Assembly: GCA_002269645.1 (NCBI GenBank)
Contig: NIVC01001268.1
Span: forward strand, 19,609-83,608
Reading direction: 5' to 3'
DNA length: 64,000 nucleotides
From: Macrostomum lignano
Lineage: Eukaryota
The translations under genes were made by a program, and so were the position numbers. Positions 39,101-49,651 of this stretch are shown in pieces; within the stretch, counting starts at the first letter, position 1; the number at the start of each line of letters is the position of its first letter. The notes under the pieces are model-generated. The model searched no databases, had not been told where the DNA came from, and saw nothing but the letters and a program-made list of their open reading frames with translations.

Positions 39101-40891
39101 TTTGGAAAGCCTTGCTCAGTAGCGGATCCTCCTGTTGTTCATCGTGCAGGTTGCCGTCGTCCCACTGAGGCTGCAGAGACGAATACTGGCCATCCGGCTT
39201 AGCGCATCTGGCACCGCATTGTCTCCGCCCGGCAGGTACCGCAGGTCAAAAGAGAACTGCTGCAGAGTCGACAGCCACCGAGCCAGCCGGGTCCGGGTCC
39301 TTGGTCGTCAGCCAGTGGTCCGAGCAGACTTTAAAGCTCGATACGCTCAGCCGGTACATCCAGAAGTTCTTCCGACTCCACACCAGCGCCCAGCAGCTCT
39401 CAGTCTGTCGCCGAGTAATTGTGTTCGGCCTTGTTGAGGGTGCAAGAGGCAAACGAGCGTATCGACTGCCTTGTTGGCGTACAGCAGCTTGCGCTCCTCC
39501 GCCAGATTGCACATTTCAGCGGGTATGCGACACTCGTCCGAGACCACTAGCACGCGAGCAGGCAGGATGCGGTCGACTTGACGACCTTCTCAGACAGCTC
39601 GAAGACCCCCTCCCTGCTTGCCAGTGGAATCCATCTTGAGCCACACCAGCTTCTCGCTGCGTGCGGGTAGCAGCCACCCAACGAGGCTCGACTTCCAAAA
39701 ACTCCTAGCTAATCTTGTTAATCCTACAATCGTTCACTTACCTAGAAGCGCCAGGTTGACTTTGAACACCCGTTTGCCTTTCACATAATTAGCGGCGCCC
39801 AGGTACCGGCCGATTCTGGTGATAGCCGCCGAGCTGGCACCTATGCATGGCTGCATGGTGATGATGAACAGCTGGAAGATGATGCCCTGAGCTGCCAGCT
39901 CCGCCTTGCCCAGGTACCCGGCAACAAAGGTACCTATCTCTGTTGAGCTCACGAAGACCAGCTGGTTGGCGATCGACGGGAACAGATTGTAGTAGTACTC
40001 ACCCCACTGTAGGAAGCAGCGCATGGACCAGCCTGCAGGGCGAGGGTGAGTTCCGGGGGATCTGGGATCAGATTGGGGATCTAGGATCAGCTTGTGGAAG
40101 TGGGATCAGCTTGGGGATCTGGGATCAGCTTGGGGATCTGTGATCAGCTTGGGGATCTGGGATCAGCTTGGGGATCTGGGATCAGCTTGGGTTCAGGATA
40201 TGATCAGGAATTGTGGTAAGATTGGAGGGTATGCAATACTCTTTTGAAAAAAGCAGTAACCCATGACAGTAATTTTTCAAAAAAATATGAAGACAATTTG
40301 GCTTACCATGCCAAGTGTTTTTGTGCACCTTGCTGATCACAATGTAAGAAGTCATCATCACGGGCAGGAGGCAGAGCGAGAAGCAGAGCCCCAGTGCGGC
40401 ACCGCTGGACAAAGATTGTAGAGGGAATATGATGCGACTTTTACTTTAAAGGAAGCTGTTCTGTCCGTTAAAATTGGCATTGGCCCCACTTCAATATTGA
40501 CTCTGACCTGACCTTGCACCTCCCCTAAGTAGTGACCTTACCGCTACTTCATATCGATTTTGTCAACTTCTCTACAGATGCCCTCACGCCCCCTCCAAAG
40601 CAATCCCTGCACCTACTTGACTCCGAGTCCCAGCTGGAACACGAACAGCGCCTCCAGACCGAGGCAGACCAGCAGGGACACCAGGTGCATGAACAGGGTG
40701 GGGAACACCCGCTGCAGGCAGTCCATGTACGCCATCTGGACTCGATAGATCAGCACGCACAGACAGCCGGGCATCAGGATGGTGATGAAGGTCTGCGAGC
40801 CGCTGGGTCATTGGGAAGGGGATTTAAAAGGGGGGATATTTATTTTCTGTCTATTAAGCATTTCTTGGTGAGAATTAATGTAATTATAAGA

Positions 40892-40959
<68 letters not shown>

Positions 40960-43900
40960 AACGGAAAATTCACAGAGCGAGCAATCATGAAGTTGAGCCT
41001 GCAATTCACTCACATGGCAATCTCGGCATCCTGGCCGATCAGCACCAGCAGTTTGGCACAATTAACAGCGAGGCCGCAGCTTACAATCCACATGCACACT
41101 GCCGCAGTGATGGCTGCAGTCAAGCATTAATTATTAGGATATGTACGATTAATACACTGCTAGATGCGTCTGGACTATTAGGAAGGCCCAGTAAATTCCA
41201 AACACACCATTGAAAAGTCAAAACAGAGACTCACAGCGCTGAACAATGACACCTGCTCGCTTCTTCTTTGAGCTGCCGAGCGCTTGCGACAGAAATGTGA
41301 GACAGGACCAGCGGAGACCGTTCTCGATTGGCACCACCACCAGCTGGAACACCTGTATAAATTACGGTTGGTGTGGAACGTATACTGCCTTTCGCATTCC
41401 CGCCCGTCACATCCCCTGCCATTCTCATTATGTCTAGGATCTATGTTTTTATTTATGAGCTCATTCTGTTTAACTGGTCATGTAATATATATATATATAT
41501 ATTTAGACATGGTGCACACAAAGTTGGACAGCTGCAGAGATTCATCGGCTTATCGCGGTTTCAATTCAAGCGTTGGTGACCAACTCGAGAAGAGGCATCA
41601 AGCAGTCAAGGATTCTCTATGCCGAGCACCAGAGTTCTCGCGCCATTCGATTAGCAGACAGACAACGCTATCTCTTGAGGTCTGAAGAGATTGCGTGGGC
41701 AGTCCTATTGCAAAATGGGTATTTCATCGAATACGCATCATAGCAATTGTACTCGGATGCCAGATGGAATCTGATCACAAGCCGCTGCAGTACATCGTGA
41801 AGAAGCAAATCGGTGAAATGTCAGTGAGGTTACAACGCCTTGCTCTGAAGATTCAAGAATTCGACTTGCAGGTCAAATAAGTTCCTGGAAAGGACTTGTA
41901 CGTAGCCGATACTTAAGTCGAGCGTACCTAGAGTCAGTTCATTTCCAGGCGTTGAAAAAGTCTGCCTACCTAAAGATTTAATGGCCGAAATTCGGCAGCA
42001 CACCAACGCAGAAGTCTTTGTCATAGACTCAAGGATTGGATTCGCGAAGGCTGGCCTGACAATCGCTCACAAGTTCCAGAAGACCTGAAAATGTTCTGGA
42101 TTTTTATATATTCAATTTGAGCTTGCAGAGCATGACAGGCAACAAGACGAAGGCAACACGATGTATATTCCGACCACCATGAGAAAGACAATACTTAAGT
42201 TACTTCACCAGAGTCATCAAGGAGTCGAAAAAAACTTTACTGAAGGCGTCAAGAAATTAGGATCATTCGGTACTGCCAAAAATCCGGCACGACGCTCAAC
42301 AGTACATCATCTCGGCTTGTGAAAAGTTCCAGAGCCAGCAAGCACTGCGCTCGTACCAAGAAATAAAGCAATGAAAGCACACTGGAATAATCCCAGCTTA
42401 CCCGTTTCAAAAATGTGGCACAGACTTATTCCATTTTAAAGGAGGATTGAAAATCTTGCAAAACGTAGCCTCAGTATATACATGTATACAATACACATTA
42501 CAATAAGACGCAGAGGACAGCCTTTTGCGCGCACGCGCTCGCAGAACAGACGGGAGGGACAGGCAGCAGCAGCATGAGGGGTCGGCGCAAGCGCCTCTGG
42601 ATTTGTACCGATGTAATCGCGTCTTTATCAACAGAGAGTGTCACAAAGAAGCTAACTGAGTGAGTACTTTTCCAACTTTGATACTTCAGTGATTCTTTAA
42701 GGTGTGACAATGAACCCACAATTCGGATAAAACTCAATTAGCGTTCGCCCACACGGCAATGCGCCAGACTGCAAACACCTTCACCAAGGTAAATGGTTTA
42801 GTGGAACGAGCAGTTCCAACAGTTCAAGGCTTCTTAAGCAAAAGTGAGGACATCCTGCAAGCAATACTGCACTAGAGAAACACTCCGATTGAGAGAGGAC
42901 TTCCTACACCATTGGAACTGATGACGGGAAGGAAAATGCGATACCAGCTGCCAATACCGGAGAAAGACCTGATTCCAAAGTCCTGATTCTGATGGACAAG
43001 AGGAATACGTCGTATGCAAATGCAGTCCTACAACCAGACAACGAAAACTCTGAAACCACTGAGCAAAGCAGATCAAGTATGGATGCATCAGGATTGATGA
43101 CTTGCTGAACTGGTTGAGCCAGATGAGACAGACCCTGAAAAGTCTTACTAGGTCAAAGCGGCAGCAGGTAATGCCTACAGGAGAAATAGTAAATTCCTCG
43201 CAAAACGCCATGCTGAGACCAGAACTCGTATTCCGGAGAGGATGCAACTTCTTCGACCCAACGAGACAGAACAACCCGGACCAGGATTCAAGTGCATCGC
43301 AACAGGCTCCTCGGAGCGCACCAAGCGATTCAGTCACCCCAGTCGAAGCTCTATACGACGCATTCTGGTCGAGTTGTAAAGCCGCCGGACTACTACAGAG
43401 CGACCTGGCTCAATGATGAGAGAACTGGCAATGACCGGATTACCATTTTATGATCTTCATGCATACCGTACACACAACAAAAAGGGGGACATTCTTTCTT
43501 ATGCTTTCATTTATGAGCTCAAACTCTTTAAGTGCTCATGTAAAATATATTCAGTCGCAAATCGCGCACGCAAGCCCTGAAATTCGAGGCTCGATACTAA
43601 CACCACAACATACATCCCTACCATTCACATCCCCTGCTATTCACATCCCCTGCTATTCACATCCCCTGCCATTCACATCCCCTGCCATTCACATCCCCTG
43701 CCATTCACATCCCCTGCCATTCACATCCCCTGCCATTCACATCCCCTGCCATTCACATCCCCTGCCATTCACATCCCCTGCCATTCACATCCCCTGCCAT
43801 TCACATCCCCTGCCATTCACATCCCCTGCCATTCACATACCCTGCCATTCACATCCCCTGCCATTCACATCCCCTTCCATTAATATCTGCCATCCCCATC

Positions 43901-45269
43901 CATTGCGTTGCCATAGTTACCGAGATAGCCAAGCTCGCGATGTCCAAGGCTTCAATGCTCACAGCGCCGCAGAAGGCCAGAGTTGCGGGGTACATCAGGG
44001 CGTACAGCAGCACTGAAACCGACTAGTTGGATGATGGGCTGCGTTGGAGCTGTGATACGCTATGGAAGTGCTAGGCTAATGTCTAACAGGTTAGGCTACT
44101 GTCTAACAGGTTAGGCTAATGTCTAACAGGTTAGGCTACTGTCTAACAGGTTAGGCTACTGTCTAACTGGTTAGGCTACTGTCTAACAGGTTAGGCTACT
44201 GTCTAACAGGTGAGGCTATTGTCTAACAGGTTAGACTACTGTCTAACAGGTTAGGCTATTGTCTAACAGGTTAGGCTACTGTCTAACAGGTTAGGCTAAT
44301 GTCTAACAGGTTAGGCTACTGTCTAACAGGTCAGGCTACTGTCTAACAGGTTAGGCTACTGTCTAACAGGTCAGGCTACTGTCTAACAGGTCAGGCTACT
44401 GTCTAACAGGTTAGGCTACTGTCTAACAGGTTAGGCTACTGTCTAACAGGTCAGGCTACTGTCTAACAGGTCAGGCTACTGTCTAACAGGTCAGGCTACT
44501 GTCTAACAGGTTAGGCTACTGTCTAACAGGTTAGGCTACTGTCTAACAGGTTAGGCTACTGTCTAACAGGTTAGGCTACTGTCTAACAGGTTAGGCTACT
44601 GTCTAACAGTTTAGGCTACTGTCTAACAGGTTAGGCTACTGTCTAACAGGTTAGGCTACTGTCTAACAGGTTAGGCTACTGTCTAACAGGTTAGGCTACT
44701 GTCTAACAGTTTAGGCTACTGTCTAACAGGTTAGGCTACTGTCTAACAGGTTAGGCTACTGTCTAACAGGTTAGGCTACTGTCTAACAGGTTAGGCTACT
44801 GTCTAACAGGTCAGGCTACTGTCTAACAGGTTAGGCTACTGTCTAACAGTTTAGGCTACTGTCTAACAGGTTAGGCTACTGTCTAACAGGTCAGGCTACT
44901 GTCTAACAGGTCAGGCAACTGTCTAACAGGTCAGGCTACTGTCTAACAGGTTAGGCTACTGTCTAACAGGTTAGGCTACTGTCTAACAGGTTAGGCTACT
45001 GTCTAACAGGTTAGGCTACTGTCTAACAGGTTAGGCTACTGTCTAACAGGTTAGGCTACTGTCTAACAGGTTAGGCTACTGTCTAACAGGTCAGGCTACT
45101 GTCTAACAGGTTAGGCTATTGTCTAACAGGTTAGGCTACTGTCTAACAGGTTAGGCTACTGTCTAACAGGTTAGGCTACTGTCTAACATAACAAAATTCT
45201 CACCATTGGCCATCCCAATTTGACCAGCGTGACCAGCTCAAACTTGTACTCGCTCCACTCGATTCCCAT
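36193..45269 (-). CDS. SLC47A1: MATE/SLC47-family transporter, copy B; 9 exons (complement): 45204-45269, 43921-44022, 41235-41352, 41014-41113, 40617-40802, 40307-40404, 39742-40032, 36894-37331, 36193-36500; 568 aa
   Basis: Same exon lengths and phases as copy A, no stop seen; flanks are also duplicated (19800/35870 and 29550/45575). Confidence 0.92.
37428..39690 (-). mobile_element. 5'-truncated Ty3/gypsy remnant (RNase H, integrase, PPT, 3' LTR) in MATE-B intron 7
   Basis: Minus strand: SDHWLTT...ARWL..LQQFSFDLRYLPGGDNAVPDALSR, then integrase (SICDTFSKWMETA...LRHGTPQVLHSGLGRQ), then PPT AGGGGGAAAG, then a TG...CA LTR at 37696-37428. Confidence 0.88.
40896..40955. repeat. (AG)n microsatellite, MATE-B intron 4
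   Basis: About 29 perfect units. Confidence 0.97.
41430..43610 (+). mobile_element. Degenerate Ty3/gypsy remnant with short LTR-like ends, inserted in the 16-bp satellite of MATE-B intron 2
   Basis: ESDHKPLQYIVKK...RLQRLALKIQEFDLQVK*VPGKDLYVAD; ILKLLHQSHQG; NGLVERAV..YRNTP integrase. PPT AAAAAGGGGGAC at ~43480. Degenerate direct repeat ATTTATGAGCTCA...CATGTAA at 41450 and 43510. CA|TGGTG PBS-like start at ~41510. Confidence 0.8.
44070..45187. repeat. 20-bp minisatellite GTCTAACAGGTTAGGCTACT (homogeneous), MATE-B intron 1
   Basis: Seen directly. Confidence 0.97.
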
Positions 45270-46534
45270 GGGAGGATCTGTTCCGAGTTTATCTATTTAA
45301 TTTTAAGTGGATTTTACCAACTCAGTTGCAGGAAAAGTTTTTCGCGAACTAACTGAATGTATGAAAATGCTTGAAAAGCAAGCAAGCAAATGCCAATGCT
45401 TGAAAAGATAGGAATATAAGAGCATAAATTCTCTCAGTTTGCCTATTTTGTGTACGTGTAGGTCAGCTCAATCTGACACTGTTATCTCTCACTGCACAGC
45501 TATAGGAGTACTTTTAGCATGTTCATTTCCACTGCTGCAAACTTCAGTGAAACAAAAAGTTAAACGATAGTGTCAGTTAGTCCACTTTTCAACTTTTTCC
45601 ACTTCCTGCATATTCCCATTAAAAAATGATTATGACAGCTACTTTAACTTTGCTCTGAAATTACGAGTATAAATGTTCTGGAGCCGAACGAATGGCCATA
45701 TGACCTAAAAAAGCTCTCTTTCTACGAACGTACTCCGAAATTCCGACTTTCAATTTGTACACTCGGGTATTTTTAGCGCAACCTCACACTGCAAGCTTGG
45801 TTTTTTTACCGAGAATGTGCTGTACTTACTTAGCGAGAAAAAAAAGACAAATAAATTTTCACTAGGCAAAATGTTTAAAAATGTAGTTTTTTTAAACTTT
45901 AATATCACATTATCTCATTAAAAATTGTTAGAGCAAACTCTTTGCCATTGAAATCAACGCTAGCTGTATTCTCATTCTGAAACACGGATACTGGAATAAC
46001 TAGATGGGCCACTCAGGTATATATGCTTGGTAAAAAGGCTTTCTACTTTCAGTTCAGTAGCAAAGAAGAATACATAAGCTATTTTATAACAGTTAAGGCA
46101 GCTGAAATGACTTTGATAAGCTTTAGAAGCCCAGAGCTTGCAGGCGTAAACGACTTGCTAATTGGTTCAGCAGTAATGTACATTGGCCAGTCCACTGAAG
46201 TCTACAAGGCAGCTTTAGGGTGGAAGTCCGAGAGAAGGACAATAAAAATTGGGTGGCGGGGCGGGGGTAGCTTAACGGTTGGAAGGTTTAAACTGGGGGT
46301 AGGAGCCAATAAATGAGCCTTGGCTTTAAAAATACAATAAAATGCGTCTGTTTAACTTACTACTGAACTGAAAGTAGCTTACATGCAAATGTGCTGAGTG
46401 GCCCATCTAGTTATTCTAATTCTAGTATCTGTGGTCTAAAACTGCAGAGCAGTCTCGTGAATTTCTTTATTACTTTTTCTACTGGATTGGGCTGGAAGTC
46501 TGTGTGCGCTTCTTCTGATAAACTGCAGGAGAGG

Positions 46535-47245
46535 CGGGAGGAGAAATGAAGGACAGAGGGGAGAGAGATGGAAAGTGAGATGGGAAGGAAATATAGGGAG
46601 ATAGGGAGAGGGATGAGAGGATGGGGAGAGAGACGGGGGAGATGGGGGGATGGGGAGAGAGGGAATTGAGGTGCGAAGGAGAGATCGGGAGATGGGGAGA
46701 GAGATGGGGATGGGGAGAGAGATGGGGGATGGGGAGAGAGATGGGGGGATGGGGAGAGAGATGGGAAGACAGATGGGGGATGGGGAGAGAGATGGGGGGA
46801 TGGGGAGAGAGATGGGAAGACAGATGGGGGATGAGGAGAGAGATGGGAAGAGAGATGGGGGTATGGAGAGAGATAGGAAGAGAGATGGGAGGAGAGATGA
46901 GGGGATGGGGAGAGATGGGGGGATGGGGAGAGAGATGGGGGATGGGGAGAGAGATGGGGGATGGGAAGAGAGATCGGGAGATGGGGAGAGAGATGGGGGA
47001 TGGGGAGAGAGATGGGGGGATGGGGAGAGAGATGGGGGGATGGGGAGAGATAGGGAGAGAGATGGGAAGAGAGATCGGGAGATGGGGAGAGAGATGGGGG
47101 ATGGGGAGAGATAGGGAGAGAGATGGGAAGAGAGATCGGGAGATGGGAAGAGAGATGGGGGATGGGGAGAGATAGGGAGAGAAATGGGAAGAGAGATGGG
47201 GGATGGGGAGAGAGATGGGGGGATGGGGAGAGAGATGGGGAGAGC
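46535..47245. repeat. G-rich repeat (GGGATGGGGAGAGAGAT variants)
   Basis: Occupies the position homologous to the 13-bp array after copy A. Confidence 0.93.
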
Positions 47246-47547
47246 ATTTCAACATTTCAAAGCTTCCATTCCGTGCTTCAATAACATTTGTCAGTTATTT
47301 CTCGTAATTCTCTGTTTAGCCAGGTCCATTCTTGACAGACAGCTCACATTTCAGATGGTTTTTAAAGGAGTCTGGGCTACATGTAAGGGGACGACAAGCT
47401 TTTGTGTTTGCGGATGAGAAGACTGGGTGAATTTTCTGACTGACACACTGGCTGAGAGAGTTCCAGTGTGTTAGTGGGACCATCTGTCGGACTAAAATAC
47501 ACATTCCTGACAACCTGCTTTGCGTGTACTTTCTGGCTTCTGAACTC

Positions 47548-48600
47548 TCGTGGAAATCTTGTCAAATAGTAGAGAGATTCTCTGACTGGTAATCTTGTCA
47601 AATAGTAGAGAGATTCTCTGACTGGTAATCTTGTCAGATATTAGAGAGATTCTCTGACGGGTAATCTTGTCAGATAGTAGAGAGATTCTCTGACTGGTAA
47701 TCTTGTCAGATATTAGAGAGGTTCTCTGACAAGAAATCTTGTCAGATAGAAGAGAGATTCTCTGACGGGTAATCTTGTCAGATAGTAGAGAGATTCTCTG
47801 ACTGGTAATCTTGTCAGATATTAGAGAGATTCTCTGACTGGTAATCTTGTCAGATATTAGAGAGATTCTCTGACAAGAAATCTTGTCAAATAGTAGAGAG
47901 ATTCTCTGACTGGTAATCTTGTCAGATATTAGAGAGATTCTCTGAAGGTAAATCTTGTCAAATAGTAGAGAGATTCTTTGACTGGTAATCTTGTCAGATA
48001 GAAGAGAGATTCTCTGACGGGTAATCTTGTCAGATAGTAGAGAGATTCTCTGACTGGTAATCTTGTCAGATATTAGAGAGATTCTCTGACAAGAAATCTT
48101 GTCAGATATTAGAGAGATTCTCTGACTGGTAATCTTGTCAGATATTAGAGAGATTCTCTGACTGGTAATCTTGTCAGATATTAGAGAGATTCTCTGACTG
48201 GTAATCTTGTCAGATAGTAGAGAGATTCTCTGACGGGTAATCTTGTCAAATGGTAGAGAGATTCTCTGACTGGTAATCTTGTCAGATATTAGAGAGATTC
48301 TCTGACTGGTAATCTTGTCAGATAGTGGAGAGATTCTCTGACAAGAAATCTTGTCAGATAGTAGACAGATTCTTTGACTGGTAATCTTGTCAGATAGTAG
48401 ACAGATTCTTTGACTGGTAATCTTGTCAGATAGTAGAGAGATGATCTGACTGGTAATCTTGTCAGATAGTAGAGATACTCTAGTTGGGATCTTGTCAGAT
48501 AGAGAGATACTCTAGTTGGGATCTTGGTAGATAGAGAGATACTCTTGTATGGATCTTGGTAGATAGAGAGATACTCTAGTTGGGATCTTGGTAGATAGAG
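47548..48600. repeat. 36-bp minisatellite TCTTGTCAGATAGTAGAGAGATTCTCTGACTGGTAA, degenerating at the right end
   Basis: Period of 36 bp; the unit is an imperfect palindrome. Confidence 0.95.
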
Positions 48601-48944
48601 AGAAAATCTTTGTCATGGACAAAAACTTAAAAACAGCAAAAAAGACAATAATTAGTGAATGCCTTCTTCCGGGCCGAACCCGGCAACAAAAGTCACGCGC
48701 AACTCTTCATCTTCATCAGTGTCTTCTATTTGCAGAGAAGAAAATTCGTAGATAGAATTATTTTTATAGAAATTTTTGCGCATCCAAAGGTAACACCTGC
48801 AAAAATATTTTTAATGGCATTTCGGAACTCGACAACAAGCATTTTTGAAACGGTATATCAATTCAGTGTAAAGTTAGTATTTTTTGTTTTTTTAGCTGTT
48901 ATTGACTCATCACCGCGTCTTCCAAATTAATCTGATAATATTTT

Positions 48945-49572
48945 CTTTTCCCTGATCCCATTTTCTTTGATCCCTTCTCTAATCCGTTCTCTAATCCTCT
49001 TTTCTAATCCCTTCTCTGAGCCCTTCTCGAATCCCTTCTCTAATCCCTTCTCTAATCCCTTCTCTAATCCGTTCTCTAATCCTCTTTTCTAATCCCTTCT
49101 CTGAGCCCTTCTCTAATCCCTTCTCTAATCCCTTCTCTAATCCCTTTCTCTCTGATCCCTTCTCCAATCCCTTCTCTAATCCCTTTCTCTCTGATCCCTT
49201 CTCTAATCCCTTCTCTAATCCCTTTCTCTCTGATCCCTTCTCTAATCCCTTCTCTAATCCCTTGTCTAATCCCTTGTCCAATACCTTTCTCTCTGATCCC
49301 TTCTCTAATCCCTTCTCTAATCCCTTCTCTATCCCTTTCTCTCTGATCCCTTCTCTAATCCCTTCTCTAATCCCTTCTTTAATCCCTTTCTCTCTGATCC
49401 CTTCTCTAATCCCTTCTCTGATCTCTTCTCTAATCCCTTCTCTGATCCCTTCTCTAATACCTTTCTCTCTGATCCCTTCTCTAATCCCTTCTCGAATCCC
49501 TTCTCTGATCCCTTCTCTAATCCCTTCTCTAATCCCTTTCTCTCTGATCCCTTCTCTAATCCCTTCTCTCTG
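48945..49572. repeat. 12/15-bp pyrimidine repeat CCTTCTCTAATC
   Basis: Seen directly. Confidence 0.95.
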
Positions 49573-49651
49573 ATCACCAACGTTTCCCATGTCTAGTCTC
49601 AAATCCCAAAACCGCTAACCCTTGCGCTCTCTCCCTCCCACCCGTCTCCGC

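Noticed and set aside
15808-48600. Regular 30-36-bp arrays resembling CRISPR
   Set aside because: Units are contiguous with no unique spacers, there are no cas genes, and the context is eukaryotic.
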